64,000 bases of DNA from an uncultured virus (IMG/VR IMGVR_UViG_3300027747_002957). Taxonomy: Duplodnaviria; Heunggongvirae; Uroviricota; Caudoviricetes. Shown here one piece after another: positions 25,945-38,556 of this stretch. Each line of letters starts with the position of its first letter. Positions within the stretch are counted from its first letter, which is position 1. The position numbers and the translations under genes are program-made. The notes beneath the pieces are model-generated. The model was not told the DNA's origin, did not search any database, and was given only the letters and a program-made list of their open reading frames with translations. The stretch is from the IMG/VR virus record IMGVR_UViG_3300027747_002957; one strand, 5' to 3'.

Positions 25945-25972
25945 TTTATACAGCCTAGGGAGAAACTGTCAA
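25945..25972 (-). promoter_or_regulatory. promoter TTGACA-N16-TATAAA(TA) at head of tRNA region
   Basis: -10 box lies 6 nt before the leader ATG; also matches the T4-type late TATAAATA. Confidence 0.8.
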
Positions 25973-26000
25973 CCGAAAAGTCAAAAAGCTCAGATCTATC

Positions 26001-27407
26001 TCAGTTGCTGGCATCTAACCAGCTGACCAGCAGCGGATCCAGGTGATCCCTGTAGCTCTGATCACGGCTGCGGTCGAACACAGTGATCTCTGTGAGCATC
26101 TTGTGCTTGTCCTCGGCATTGCGATCAATGGCTGCGCTGATCAGCTTGACGAGGTTGCTCCTGGTGTTGCTGTTGACGTGGCTGGGTATCACCATGCCTT
26201 GTATCCTCGACAGGGCCTCCTGCAGCAGGTGCACCGGCAGCTTGTCCAGGGCCGTGCCACGGGTCACTGGCATGATCTCATCAAAGTGCAGGTGCACGTC
26301 GTGGTACAGCGTGGCAGCCCACTGATAGTACTGATCGATGTTCAGTATGTTCAGAGCGCTGACCACCGTGACCATGGTCAGGCCCCCGGGCTTGATGCGG
26401 CTGACGTAGGCCCTGATGTTGTTGGTCAGCACGTCGAACTGTGCAGGATAGCGTATGTACTCATAGACCTTGCCAGCTCCATCTACGCTGAAATCATGCT
26501 TGTTCACCTTGAAATGGCTCAGCATGTCCAGCATTTCATCCGTCATGATGCTGCCGTTGGTATGGAAGTGCAGCTCCGTCTGGCTGGCCGCTCCAGTCTC
26601 GATGTAGCGCTTGAGAAGGTCCAGCATCTTGCCATCGTAGAATGGTTCGCCGCCGCTGGCGCTGATGCGCTTGATGGCATGCGTGTTCTCCATCAACCAC
26701 TGCCACTGGGGATTGTCCAGTCCTGGACCGTGGAAGGCAGTGCTCTGTCCCCATCGCCCCATGCTGTCGGCCACTTGCTGCTCCATGCCGTGCTCTTCGA
26801 AGTACTTCTGATCTATCAGCAGGCTGTGGCTGTTGTAGGGAGAGCACATGCGGCAGCGCAGGTTGCAGAGGCTGCTGGTGAACAGGTCCACCTCTTCCAG
26901 CTTGGGCACGGTGATCCTGTGCTGGCTCTTGCGGTTACGGTTCTGCCTGTAGCTGCTGATGCCCAGATCTTCCTGGCGCCAGCACACATCACAGCGAGGG
27001 TCCCTGATGCCAGCTGCCAGGTTGCTGCGCAGATCCTCCCAGTTTTCATGGTGGAATATCTGGTCCGGGGTCAGCTGATGCACATTGGGCACGCCCATGC
27101 CACCTCTCTTGACCCCGCCTGTGTCCAAGTTACGCATGTTGCAGCAGGGCATGGCATCGGTCAGCTTGGTACCAGCGTAGCGTTTGAAGCTGACCTGGGA
27201 CCAGGCATAGGCACAGTAGGTATCGCTTTGTTCTGCTGCTTGGTCAGCCGGGCTCAGGCTCTGTAGGCCACGGTGTCCTTCCAGCACGGCCTGCGCATCA
27301 GCATCTGGCACTTCTAGGGACAGCAGCCCTGGGCCAGGCTCAGCCTGTTGTCCCATGGTCAGGTGTCTTATCAGCAAGCTATCTGGTTCGTACCATGCCC
27401 AGGCCAT
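26001..27407 (-). CDS. radical SAM protein with N-terminal twitch/SPASM-like Cys domain
   Basis: YC.YAW...PCC...CDVC, then CNLRCRMC, GGEPF. Confidence 0.92.
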   Translation of the reverse strand: MAWAWYEPDSLLIRHLTMGQQAEPGPGLLSLEVPDADAQAVLEGHRGLQSLSPADQAAEQSDTYCAYAWSQVSFKRYAGTKLTDAMPCCNMRNLDTGGVKRGGMGVPNVHQLTPDQIFHHENWEDLRSNLAAGIRDPRCDVCWRQEDLGISSYRQNRNRKSQHRITVPKLEEVDLFTSSLCNLRCRMCSPYNSHSLLIDQKYFEEHGMEQQVADSMGRWGQSTAFHGPGLDNPQWQWLMENTHAIKRISASGGEPFYDGKMLDLLKRYIETGAASQTELHFHTNGSIMTDEMLDMLSHFKVNKHDFSVDGAGKVYEYIRYPAQFDVLTNNIRAYVSRIKPGGLTMVTVVSALNILNIDQYYQWAATLYHDVHLHFDEIMPVTRGTALDKLPVHLLQEALSRIQGMVIPSHVNSNTRSNLVKLISAAIDRNAEDKHKMLTEITVFDRSRDQSYRDHLDPLLVSWLDASN

Positions 27408-27493
27408 CTACACCGCCAATTCTCTCTGTGCTCTGTATTTAATGCTCTTAAATACCATACCACTGAACATTATCTACATGAAAGACATGACAC

Positions 27494-28066
27494 ATGGCTG
27501 ACTTAACCAAACTGGATCTAAAGTTTGACCTGTCTGATCTGCTGGGAGGATTAGAGCAAGTGCTGAGCATCTGTGATTGGCATCCGGACCACAGGCAGAT
27601 AGGCATCACGCATGCGCTGGCCCCAGATACCACAGCAGCTTGGCACGATGCCACTGGCAGCCTCACTTATAGGTGGGGACCTGATCACATGGACGAGCAT
27701 GGCCAGCTGCGGCGCCAGGAGATTGTGCGCAAGGAATCAGACTTCACCAACTTCGTCAGCGAGTTTGAGCATACTGTATGGCGACATGTCTATGACCAGC
27801 TCAGCGCTCGCTATCAGCTGGGCAGGATCAGGCTCATGCTGAGCCGTCCCAAGACCTGCCTCAGCTGGCACAGGGACCACGAGCGCCGCATACACATACC
27901 ACTGATCACCAATCAGGGCGCACGCTTGGTAATAGAAGACACTGCGCATCACCTGCCAGCTGATGGCAGCGTGTATCTGGCCAACACCACTCTGCATCAC
28001 ACGGCTTTCAATTCGGGTTTGGAGCCTAGGATACACATGGTGGCCTGCATGCTGGGCACGCGCTAG
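27494..28066 (+). CDS. Asp/Asn beta-hydroxylase-like 2OG-Fe(II) oxygenase
   Basis: WHRD...RIHIPL.TN...HTAFN....RIH. Confidence 0.8.
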   Translation: MADLTKLDLKFDLSDLLGGLEQVLSICDWHPDHRQIGITHALAPDTTAAWHDATGSLTYRWGPDHMDEHGQLRRQEIVRKESDFTNFVSEFEHTVWRHVYDQLSARYQLGRIRLMLSRPKTCLSWHRDHERRIHIPLITNQGARLVIEDTAHHLPADGSVYLANTTLHHTAFNSGLEPRIHMVACMLGTR

Positions 28067-28371
28067 TCGCTGCTGAGACTACGCAATATGCGATCCTGAT
28101 CATACTTCTCCATGGCAGCTCTCTCGGCAGCCTTGAGCTCAAATCCCAGATTGGCAGCGTGAGCCAGCATCCAATCATACCCATCAAACCAATGCTCCGC
28201 CTCTTCGATGCCCAGGAACTGCATCTCCTGGCGCCTTGGCCCCTGTATGACCTTGGTGATGCTGGGTGTCATCTTGATCTTGTGTCGATCAACGTTCATG
28301 ACGAATCCGCGCTCCTGCGCCCTGCTGCGCAACCTCTCCCAGCGTTCCAAGTAGTCTAGCTTGCTGTCCAT
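28063..28371 (-). CDS. hypothetical protein
   Basis: MDSKLDYLERW..., convergent with the previous gene. Confidence 0.7.
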   Translation of the reverse strand: MDSKLDYLERWERLRSRAQERGFVMNVDRHKIKMTPSITKVIQGPRRQEMQFLGIEEAEHWFDGYDWMLAHAANLGFELKAAERAAMEKYDQDRILRSLSSD

Positions 28372-28435
28372 GTGATGATTATAAGATGCCTTGCTGATTT
28401 GATCAAGATGCCTCTGATCACAACATAAATATCTC

Positions 28436-29602
28436 ATGGACACCTTTTGCGGCAGAAGTTGGAACGACTACAGGATAAACCTAGACCAAGGTTGGCAGAT
28501 GTGCTGCAAGACGCCTTGGCGCAGCATGGATGAAGGCGTGGACTGGTTCAACAGTACCGAGATCAGGGAACGGCGCAGCGCTCACCTCGAGGGTAGCAGG
28601 CACAGCGACTGTGCCACCTGCTGGAAGCTGGAAGATCGAGGACAGATCAGCCTGAGGCAGCTGGAAAAACCCTTGGATTACGTGCCCAGCAACACCGATG
28701 CTGTGGGATCAGCGCACCTAGACATAGAGCTCAGCAACATCTGCGATCTGGCCTGCAGATACTGCGACAGCAGAGCCAGCAGCATCTGGGCCGAGCGGCA
28801 CCAGCATCCGGCATACAACAAGGCTTCGCGCGGTTCAGCTGAGCAGCGCAGGCTCAAGTTCGACAGGTTCAAGGCATGGCTGGTGCCGCGCTTGGACATG
28901 TTCACTGGCATTAGCTTCAGCGGCGGAGAAGCGCTGCTCAACGACGAGCTGTACGAGCTGCTGGAGCAGCTGGATCTGCGCGATCAGAGGATCAAGATCT
29001 GCACCAATCTCAACACGCCACCAGCCTACATGTTTCGCCTGCACAGGGTGCTTGATCGGCTGCTGGCACATGGCGTCAAGGTCACCTTCAGGATCAGCAT
29101 GGACGGCACTGGCACCAGGAACGATTGGCAGCGCGACGGCAGCGAATGGTCAGTGATGGAGCGCAACTGGCATGACTTGGGCAGCAGAGACGTGCAGCTC
29201 AACGTGGCCCTGACCACCACACCACTGACCTTGGAGAGCATGTGCGATGCTGGACGATGGGTAGCTGACAACGCGCAGGGCCTGCGGCACAAACCCACCT
29301 GGGAACGGCCTGGCACCGTGCTGGGACCTTCTGCGCTGGACCCCATGCCCTGGATGAGCAGTTACAGGTCCGAGCTGGCCGAGATGCGACAGCTGGTGTG
29401 CGATGATCGCGTTAACGTGGACCGCAACGTGCTGCTGATCTTTGATAACTGGCTGCAGCTGGACGCTGGACCCCACGATGCCAAGATGACTTCGCATATG
29501 GTTCGCTGGCTTGACGCGCATCAGGCCAAGTGGGGCGGCGCAGACTGGCGCGGCGTCTATCCAAAGCTCAGCTCGCTGACTGATTCCATACTCAAAAGCT
29601 AG
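28436..29602 (+). CDS. radical SAM protein (N-terminal Cys domain)
   Basis: FC..SW...MCC...CATC; CDLACRYC; GGEAL. Confidence 0.92.
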   Translation: MDTFCGRSWNDYRINLDQGWQMCCKTPWRSMDEGVDWFNSTEIRERRSAHLEGSRHSDCATCWKLEDRGQISLRQLEKPLDYVPSNTDAVGSAHLDIELSNICDLACRYCDSRASSIWAERHQHPAYNKASRGSAEQRRLKFDRFKAWLVPRLDMFTGISFSGGEALLNDELYELLEQLDLRDQRIKICTNLNTPPAYMFRLHRVLDRLLAHGVKVTFRISMDGTGTRNDWQRDGSEWSVMERNWHDLGSRDVQLNVALTTTPLTLESMCDAGRWVADNAQGLRHKPTWERPGTVLGPSALDPMPWMSSYRSELAEMRQLVCDDRVNVDRNVLLIFDNWLQLDAGPHDAKMTSHMVRWLDAHQAKWGGADWRGVYPKLSSLTDSILKS

Positions 29603-30456
29603 TCCAGCTTGTAGAGCTGCCTGCCCTGTATGATGCTGTGCAGCTGCTGACCATAACCGCCCTTGGTGCTGTAGCTGCCTAGGCTCTTGACCAACCTGGC
29701 ACCATTGAGCAGCTGGTTGTGCTTGCGTAGATCTGCGCGAGCTGACCTAAAGCCATGATAGGCAGGGTGCGTGTTGAGATTTCTCATGTAGGCACGCACG
29801 CTGTCTTCTGGGCTGTCAAAAGCTCGATATTTCTCACCATACTGTCCCACCGCGCTGGGTGCTTCTGGATCAAAGGTCTTTTGACCGTAGAACACGTTGG
29901 CCTGCTGTGCCAGAGGTTGCTGCCCCCAACCGCTCTCCACTGCGGCCTGTGCCAGCGCCATGCTGCGAGGCACAATGTCCACCTTGGTGACCAAGTCCCT
30001 GAGATCAGCAGCCTTGTAGTAGCTCTTCATACCTTCCAACCATTCAGCCTGAGCCTTGGTCAGCGTCTTTTGCCTGCTAAGCTGCAGCAATGCCTGCCGC
30101 TGCTGGCGTATCTCAGAATTCTCAGCATCGATCAGAGGCAGCACTACCTGCTTGAAGGTGTGGACACGGGTATTGGCATCCTTGGTATCTAAACCCTTGA
30201 GAGCAGCTGGAAAATTGGGGTTATCCTGCGCTTTCTGAGCCAGGTCTCGGTCAATGATCTGGCCTATGGCATCTGTGGCTGATGCTGACGCTGGTTCAAC
30301 GATGGCTGCGGGTGTGTCAGGTACAGCACTAGGCAGGTTGTTGCCTGCTGGCCCAGCACCAAGCATGCCAGCACCCAGCACGCCGGCGCGTACCAGATCT
30401 CGCAGGCTGGCTTCGTCCAGATGATCAGTGTTGGCTAGAAGGTCGTTGATGCGCAT
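29599..30456 (-). CDS. glucosaminidase (GH73, Bax-like) peptidoglycan hydrolase
   Basis: ALAQAAVESGWG, N.FG-like NVFYG, NLNTHPAY, YS motifs. Confidence 0.85.
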   Translation of the reverse strand: MRINDLLANTDHLDEASLRDLVRAGVLGAGMLGAGPAGNNLPSAVPDTPAAIVEPASASATDAIGQIIDRDLAQKAQDNPNFPAALKGLDTKDANTRVHTFKQVVLPLIDAENSEIRQQRQALLQLSRQKTLTKAQAEWLEGMKSYYKAADLRDLVTKVDIVPRSMALAQAAVESGWGQQPLAQQANVFYGQKTFDPEAPSAVGQYGEKYRAFDSPEDSVRAYMRNLNTHPAYHGFRSARADLRKHNQLLNGARLVKSLGSYSTKGGYGQQLHSIIQGRQLYKLD

Positions 30457-30514
30457 GGTCAGATATTTATGGCTCTGGCCACCACTAAATATCCTGCTGA
30501 TCAAGAGGTAACAC

Positions 30515-33388
30515 ATGGCTGACATCACAGGACCAACCGGACCCACGGGCCGATTTGGCGGGACTGGCCCCACTGGGCTCAGAGGCGAGACCGGAGCCAC
30601 GGGTCCACTGGGAGGCCCAACAGGACCTCAGGGCGGCATCGGGCCCACCGGCCCCAGCGGTCCGCAGGGCAACCAAGGCCTGCAGGGACCAACTGGTCCT
30701 GGCGCAGGGGACACTGGACCCACTGGTGCCACTGGTCAAGCTGGCTACAACGGTGTCACCGGACCCACTGGGCTCAGAGGTGAGACTGGACCAACAGGAC
30801 CACTGGGCGGTCCCACTGGACCACAGGGTTTCAGAGGACTGACTGGCTACACGGGTCCCACTGGTAAGACTGGACCACAAGGTGGCGTTGGTCCCACAGG
30901 ACCGCTGGGTGGACCGACCGGACCCAGTGGACCCACTGGTCCCATAGGGCAGACTGGATCGCCTGGTCAGCAGGGTCCTCGCGGTCTAACTGGCGCCGCA
31001 TCCACAGTCACGGGTCCCACTGGTGCCACTGGTGCGCCAGGCACTGCTGTGCTCACGGGAGCTACCGGACCAACGGGTCCCTTGGGTGGACCAACCGGCA
31101 ACACAGGTCCCACTGGACATACCGGACCCACCGGCACTGGCGTAACTGGACCCACGGGCAGCATCAGCAGCGGCAACATACGCATCACCGGCAACAACAT
31201 AGACACCAACAACGCGCAGCCCATAAACCTGGGAACTTACGGCAAGTTTCTCACGGTCACTCCCACTGGCAACGTGGTGTTGCCTACCAGCACCAGCCCT
31301 GTGAACACCGCCAGGCTCACTGCTGCGCTCAACGACACTGTGAGCATTGAGACCACCACTGACCAGGGCGGCAATCCAGTGAGCGATTGGCGCTTTGGCT
31401 ACAACGGAATCCTGCAGCTGCCCAATGGTGCGCAGATCAGCGATCCTCAGGGCAACCTCACGCTGGCGGTTGGGGGTACCACGCAGGCAGTGACTGTCAG
31501 CACCTATGACAGCAGCGGCGGCGGCCACTATCACTACTGGAACTTCAACAGCCAGGGTGGCTTGGTGTTCCCAGACCTCACGGTGCAGACCACTGCCTAC
31601 ACGGGCAGTGGTGGCGCAGGCAGCACTGGTCCCACAGGTCCCACGGGCAGTGTAGGCGCCACTGGCGCCACTGGCAGCAGCGCCAACACTGGCAACATAA
31701 CCTTCACTGGCACTGCCATAGGCACCACCACTGGCCAGGACATAGCACTGAGCACCAACGGTCAGAACTGGTACTTTGGCCAAGACGGCACCCTCACGCT
31801 GCCCGCATCAGGCAATATCGTAACCACCGGCGGTAACCTAAACATCACTAGCACAAGTGGTTGGGTAAACATCACCAGCGGTCCGCACACTTTCACCTTT
31901 GATGCTGACAGTGTTGGTAGGTTCATCATGCCATCCAATAGCGTGATAGCAGGCAATGAGGATGGTGTGCGAGTGTTTGCAGGAAACCTTGCCACAGAGG
32001 CCGGCAACGTATGGACCTTTGGCTATGGTGGGACGCTAGAAATACCAGATAGGGGCATCATCAGGACTCAGAACTGGGACAGCTTCTCGCTGCAGTCCGA
32101 CAACACCAACATAACCATAATACCCAATGTTGACCAAACACAGGGATGGACCTTTGGCTACAACGGCATACTCACGCTGCCACGCAACAATTATCTGCAG
32201 ACCATTGACACAAACCTAACAGTGGGTAGCCAAGGTACTGTGCGCATCAACAGCAATGCTGCCACCGGCGGTGGTACTTACGGTTGGGTATTTGGCTCAG
32301 ATGGTAGCACTACCCTACCAAACGGGGCCAAGCTGAACAATGGTACTGCGTATCAGTTCGCCACAGACAACACAGTTACCGCCAGCTTGGACCTGCGAGA
32401 CTCCGCCGGTCGTGGTTTTTATACCAACAGTAGTGGTTACACCCTGCGCAGCAACGGCAGCTACAACTGGGTGTTTGGCACAGATGGCAGCTTGACGTTC
32501 CCCAACGTGAACAGCAGAGTAGGCGCAGGCGTTGGTCAGATATTCGATGGACCAAGCTGGCGAGCCGGTCTGAACATCCAGGGCGCAGCTGACAATAGTC
32601 CGGTGCTGATCTACAACTACGGTGCTGACGGCAAGGGCTTTGGTGCCAGTGCTGTGTATATCCAGCACGATAACGTACAGATTATAACCAACAACCAGCG
32701 TTCGGGTGGGCCCGGCCTCACGTGGCAGTTTGACAATAGTGGTAACATTACGTTACCTTTAGGTGGCACCATTAATTTTGCCAACGGCAGCAACGCACTG
32801 GTTGGCGGAGGCAGTATTGGCAGCACAGGTCCCACAGGACCCACTGGAGCCAGCGGAAGCATTGGGTCCACCGGTGCTACTGGCCCAACAGGCCCAAGCG
32901 GAAATCTAGGACCAACAGGTACCACGGGAGATACAGGCCCCACAGGACCAAGCGGAAACCTGGGACCAACAGGTGCTACTGGATATACTGGTTCAACTGG
33001 CTCAACGGGTCCAACCGGACCTGCAGGCACAACTGGCAGTTGGAATGTGACTGTGGGATCCAACACCTATAGCTTTACTGTGCCTGAGAATGGCACCTAT
33101 GCCATGTGGGTCAGGGGCAACATACCCAATGGAATCATAACATGGAATGCCACTGCTACTGTGACCAATACCAACGTGCCTGTGCTGGGACAACAGTTTG
33201 CTTGGAACTACACCGGCGGTGGGACACCATTAGAGATCACACAAATCCCTGCTCAGTTTATCGGCACAGCTGGCACAATAGTTTCTAGCAATCCCAGCGT
33301 GGGTACGCCATCTAATGAGTTTGCTTTCACTATCTTCAACAACAGCGGATCGCCTAAGACTGTGTATTGGGGTTATGTCACACAATGA
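30515..33388 (+). CDS. collagen-like virion fibre protein
   Basis: (GPT)n triplets plus repeated W.FG.DG.LT.P beta repeats. Confidence 0.85.
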   Translation: MADITGPTGPTGRFGGTGPTGLRGETGATGPLGGPTGPQGGIGPTGPSGPQGNQGLQGPTGPGAGDTGPTGATGQAGYNGVTGPTGLRGETGPTGPLGGPTGPQGFRGLTGYTGPTGKTGPQGGVGPTGPLGGPTGPSGPTGPIGQTGSPGQQGPRGLTGAASTVTGPTGATGAPGTAVLTGATGPTGPLGGPTGNTGPTGHTGPTGTGVTGPTGSISSGNIRITGNNIDTNNAQPINLGTYGKFLTVTPTGNVVLPTSTSPVNTARLTAALNDTVSIETTTDQGGNPVSDWRFGYNGILQLPNGAQISDPQGNLTLAVGGTTQAVTVSTYDSSGGGHYHYWNFNSQGGLVFPDLTVQTTAYTGSGGAGSTGPTGPTGSVGATGATGSSANTGNITFTGTAIGTTTGQDIALSTNGQNWYFGQDGTLTLPASGNIVTTGGNLNITSTSGWVNITSGPHTFTFDADSVGRFIMPSNSVIAGNEDGVRVFAGNLATEAGNVWTFGYGGTLEIPDRGIIRTQNWDSFSLQSDNTNITIIPNVDQTQGWTFGYNGILTLPRNNYLQTIDTNLTVGSQGTVRINSNAATGGGTYGWVFGSDGSTTLPNGAKLNNGTAYQFATDNTVTASLDLRDSAGRGFYTNSSGYTLRSNGSYNWVFGTDGSLTFPNVNSRVGAGVGQIFDGPSWRAGLNIQGAADNSPVLIYNYGADGKGFGASAVYIQHDNVQIITNNQRSGGPGLTWQFDNSGNITLPLGGTINFANGSNALVGGGSIGSTGPTGPTGASGSIGSTGATGPTGPSGNLGPTGTTGDTGPTGPSGNLGPTGATGYTGSTGSTGPTGPAGTTGSWNVTVGSNTYSFTVPENGTYAMWVRGNIPNGIITWNATATVTNTNVPVLGQQFAWNYTGGGTPLEITQIPAQFIGTAGTIVSSNPSVGTPSNEFAFTIFNNSGSPKTVYWGYVTQ

Positions 33389-33458
33389 TCTTGATGTCTG
33401 CAGGTTCAATCCTTAACATTGACTGTCGCAGATGCGATAGCAAAACAAGGAGAATCAC

Positions 33459-33572
33459 ATGGCAGATCCCATGAGCAAGAAGAAGCCCAAGAAGCCCAAA
33501 CTCAAGGAAAGCGTGGCAAATCCACCGCGCACAGCTGCTGCAGCACCGCCAGCCAAGAACAACAAGAAGTGA
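33459..33572 (+). CDS. very small Lys/Pro-rich protein (37 aa)
   Basis: AAGGAG RBS; MADPMSKKKPKKPKLKE... Confidence 0.5.
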   Translation: MADPMSKKKPKKPKLKESVANPPRTAAAAPPAKNNKK

Positions 33573-33630
33573 GAATTTAACTATGTCCATGTGTGAACTA
33601 CCAAAAAATAACCGTTATTGAAGGGCACAC

Positions 33631-34821
33631 ATGGACACCTATTGCGCGAGAAGCTGGAATTACTTCCTGGTTGATCTAGACAAGCTTGAGCAGAAAATGT
33701 GCTGCAAGACCAAATGGAAACCCATGGATCCAGGGGTTGATTGGTTTAACGGCACAGATATCAAGGAGCGCCGAGCTGATCATCTACAGGGCAAGCGTCA
33801 CACAGACTGCGAGCACTGCTGGGAGATAGAAGACACGGGGCATTTCAGTCCTCGCCTAGCTGTGCGCAGACCAGACCCCATACCAGACTCCCTGGAAAGT
33901 TATAGCCATGGCATGCTTGAGCTGTCAGTGGGCAATACCTGCGATCTAGCCTGCAGGTATTGCGATAGCCGTTACAGCACCATCTGGGCAGCACGCACGC
34001 AAGACAAGAGCAATAACAAGGAAGGCAGAGCCAGCTACAAGCTCGAAACACGCACACAGCAGGCCATAGATCAGTTCTATGCTTGGCTTGACACAGAGAA
34101 AGACAAGCTGTCTAAGGTGCTGATCACAGGTGGTGAACCTCTGCTGATACCTGATACCTATGAACTGCTAGAGCGAACGCGGTTTCGAAACGTTAAGATA
34201 ATTTTTAACACCAATCTCAACACACCTGATCACTATCTAAACCAGATAGAAGAGGCCATAGATAGATTGTTAGATGATGGCAACAAAGTTCTTTTCAGAG
34301 TCAGCGTGGATGGCGTTGGTCAAAAAAATGATTGGCAGAGACAGAATTGCGACTGGGACAGATGGCGCGACAATTGGTTTCGCATAGGATCTCGTCCGGT
34401 ACGCATGAAAGCTGCACTCACTCTCACTCCATTGACTCTAGAAGGCATGCACGAACTAGCAGAATTCGTGCTGGACAGTGGACCAAAACTGCATCATGAG
34501 CCAACATTTGAAGTTGTGAACGTGGTAACTTGGCCTCGCCCTTTGAACGTCACTGAATGGATACCTGCCTACAAGCATGAGATCGCAGAATTTGGTCGCA
34601 TAGTTGAGCAGCAGCGTGATTATGGGCAAAAAGAACCAATCAAGCGGCAGATCAGCACTTGGTTAAGCCTAGAAGATGCATTACCTAGTGCCAAGCAGGT
34701 GCGCAGCTTCACAGACTTCCTCGATGGCAGCCAAGCCAGATGGGGCGGCGGTGATTGGCGCACCATCTATCCCAAGACAGCTGCTATAGCACAGCGTGTA
34801 CTGGATCAAGGACCAGCCTGA
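33631..34821 (+). CDS. radical SAM protein, paralog of 28436-29602
   Basis: MDTYCARSWN start, CDLACRYC, GGEPL; shared C-terminal WGG.DWR..YPK. Confidence 0.92.
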   Translation: MDTYCARSWNYFLVDLDKLEQKMCCKTKWKPMDPGVDWFNGTDIKERRADHLQGKRHTDCEHCWEIEDTGHFSPRLAVRRPDPIPDSLESYSHGMLELSVGNTCDLACRYCDSRYSTIWAARTQDKSNNKEGRASYKLETRTQQAIDQFYAWLDTEKDKLSKVLITGGEPLLIPDTYELLERTRFRNVKIIFNTNLNTPDHYLNQIEEAIDRLLDDGNKVLFRVSVDGVGQKNDWQRQNCDWDRWRDNWFRIGSRPVRMKAALTLTPLTLEGMHELAEFVLDSGPKLHHEPTFEVVNVVTWPRPLNVTEWIPAYKHEIAEFGRIVEQQRDYGQKEPIKRQISTWLSLEDALPSAKQVRSFTDFLDGSQARWGGGDWRTIYPKTAAIAQRVLDQGPA

Positions 34822-34875
34822 TCTGATAAATTAGCATGTGGGCCTCACGGTGAGGCCTAACTCCAAGAGGCTCAC

Positions 34876-35445
34876 ATGACAACGCAGGAAGAACGCAACG
34901 AGAAGATCGCCGAGACTCTGGCTGCCAACCAGAGCAAAGGAGCACTGGTTGAAAAGATAGTTTTCGCTGGCATACCCATACTGTTCAGCTGCGTGGTCTA
35001 TCTAATGACGGCTCTGAGCACGGCCAACAACGAGATCATACTGCTCAAGAGCAAGATAGCAGTGGTAGTCAACACCGACAACAAGGCCATACCGCCACAG
35101 GGCACCACCATAGACATGGCTGAGATACGAGAGAAGCTCAGCAATCGCATAGATTCAGTGGAAAAGGAAGCCGCGCTGGCACGCAGTGCCATGACGCTGG
35201 ACCGCGAGAAGCAGATGGCTGCGCTGGAGAAACAGCGCATGGACATGACCGCAGATGCCGCACAGGCCCGCGCACAGATACGCAGTGATGCCGCAGCAGC
35301 CACGGCCAAGATGGGCAACGATCTAGGTGATAAGATCGATCTCAACGAGCGCAACTCAGCATTGGCGCATGCTGAGATGGACAAGCGCATGGCATTGATA
35401 GAGCATGAAATACGTTTCATGCAGGCAATAGCATCCAAGAAATAG
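34876..35445 (+). CDS. membrane-anchored coiled-coil protein
   Basis: One TM segment followed by heptad-like helix. Confidence 0.75.
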   Translation: MTTQEERNEKIAETLAANQSKGALVEKIVFAGIPILFSCVVYLMTALSTANNEIILLKSKIAVVVNTDNKAIPPQGTTIDMAEIREKLSNRIDSVEKEAALARSAMTLDREKQMAALEKQRMDMTADAAQARAQIRSDAAAATAKMGNDLGDKIDLNERNSALAHAEMDKRMALIEHEIRFMQAIASKK

Positions 35446-35455
35446 GAGAACTAAC

Positions 35456-36016
35456 ATGGTGCTCAGGGACAAGACGGGCAAGATACTAAGCCGCAGCGAA
35501 GGCGAAGCAGTGATGAAGGGCCGTGGGGCCATAACCATCAGCATCTATGCTGCGCTGTTGGCCATATGCACGCTGTACAGCAATGCTGCCAGCAGCACAG
35601 TGCTGGGAGATACGCTCAAGATCAACGATACCTATAACTTCTATCAGGCCAAGAGCATCAAACAGAGCCTGGCAGAGTACGAGATAGACGATGCTCAAGC
35701 ACGCGGCGATGCCAAGCGAGCCGAGGAGCTCAAGGCCAAGATAGCCAGATATGAGAGCGATCCGGCCACAGGCGAAGGCAAGCGAGAACTGTTGACCGAA
35801 GCCAAGAGATTAGAACGCGAGCGCGACAGTGCCAAGGCCAAGGGTCCCTATCTCAGCTTTGCCAGCGCTGCGCTGCAGATAGCCATTGTGCTGAGCAGCA
35901 CGGCCATACTGGCAGTGAGCATGGAGATGCTGTGGGCCAGCGTGGCAATTGGTGTGCTGGGTGCGCTGCTGCTAGGCAACGGTATCATCAGCTGGTTTGC
36001 CATACCCGGCTTGTGA
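35456..36016 (+). CDS. DUF4337-like membrane protein
   Basis: FYQAKSIKQ and LQIAIVLSS motifs. Confidence 0.8.
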   Translation: MVLRDKTGKILSRSEGEAVMKGRGAITISIYAALLAICTLYSNAASSTVLGDTLKINDTYNFYQAKSIKQSLAEYEIDDAQARGDAKRAEELKAKIARYESDPATGEGKRELLTEAKRLERERDSAKAKGPYLSFASAALQIAIVLSSTAILAVSMEMLWASVAIGVLGALLLGNGIISWFAIPGL

Positions 36017-36062
36017 ACGATCAGCTCTCACGTTATAATCTAGCCAACAGCAGGAGCAGGCT

Positions 36063-36293
36063 ATGATCAAGAACGTGATGGGTGATGGTTGGATTGACAT
36101 CCAAAAGACTGACAGCTATGGTGGCGTGGACATCTCAGTCAAGGCTGGTTACATGCTGAACGCTGTGCTAGAAGAGATGAGGCAGCATCTGGCCGAAGCC
36201 AAGCTGGAAAAACAGCTGAGAGAATCGGACCCCAACGTCAAGCTGGCCTACGACAGCTACAAGATGGCAGTGGCTCTCAGCACTGAACACTGA
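36063..36293 (+). CDS. hypothetical protein
   Basis: 76 aa, AGGAG RBS. Confidence 0.7.
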   Translation: MIKNVMGDGWIDIQKTDSYGGVDISVKAGYMLNAVLEEMRQHLAEAKLEKQLRESDPNVKLAYDSYKMAVALSTEH

Positions 36294-36352
36294 ACGGCCC
36301 ATCGCTGGAATAGCATCTGGATGGCACTGTCGCACCGCTAAATATCTGCGAC

Positions 36353-38178
<1,826 letters not shown>

Positions 38179-38182
<4 letters not shown>

Positions 38183-38523
38183 TCTCCAGTACCTGGGAGC
38201 GGGCTGAAATACTTCTCAAACTTGTTGGGTTCACCATCATAGTCCCTGGCATGATCCTCATGCGGGCGAGCCTTGGTGACCTGAGGCCATGTCCTGCTGT
38301 ACTCGTCGTTGAGATTGAGCCAACGTGTGAGATCCTGTCGCTTGTCAGTGTCTGGACGGATCGCATCGGCTGGACACTCTGGCTCGCAGACGCCGCAGTC
38401 TATGCACTCGTCTGGATTGATCACCAACATGTTCTCGCCTTCGTAGAAACAGTCCACTGGGCATACCTGCACACAGTCCATGTATTTGCATTTGATGCAG
38501 TTGTCTACGACCACGTATGTCAT
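38179..38523 (-). CDS. fdxA: 7Fe ferredoxin (FdxA type, DUF3470 tail)
   Basis: [50 protein letters not shown]. Confidence 0.95.
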
Positions 38524-38556
38524 TGTTGATCCTTGGCTTGATGTACAGTAATTATA

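Noticed and set aside
26043..27266. 407-aa plus-strand ORF
   Set aside because: Antisense shadow of the radical SAM gene
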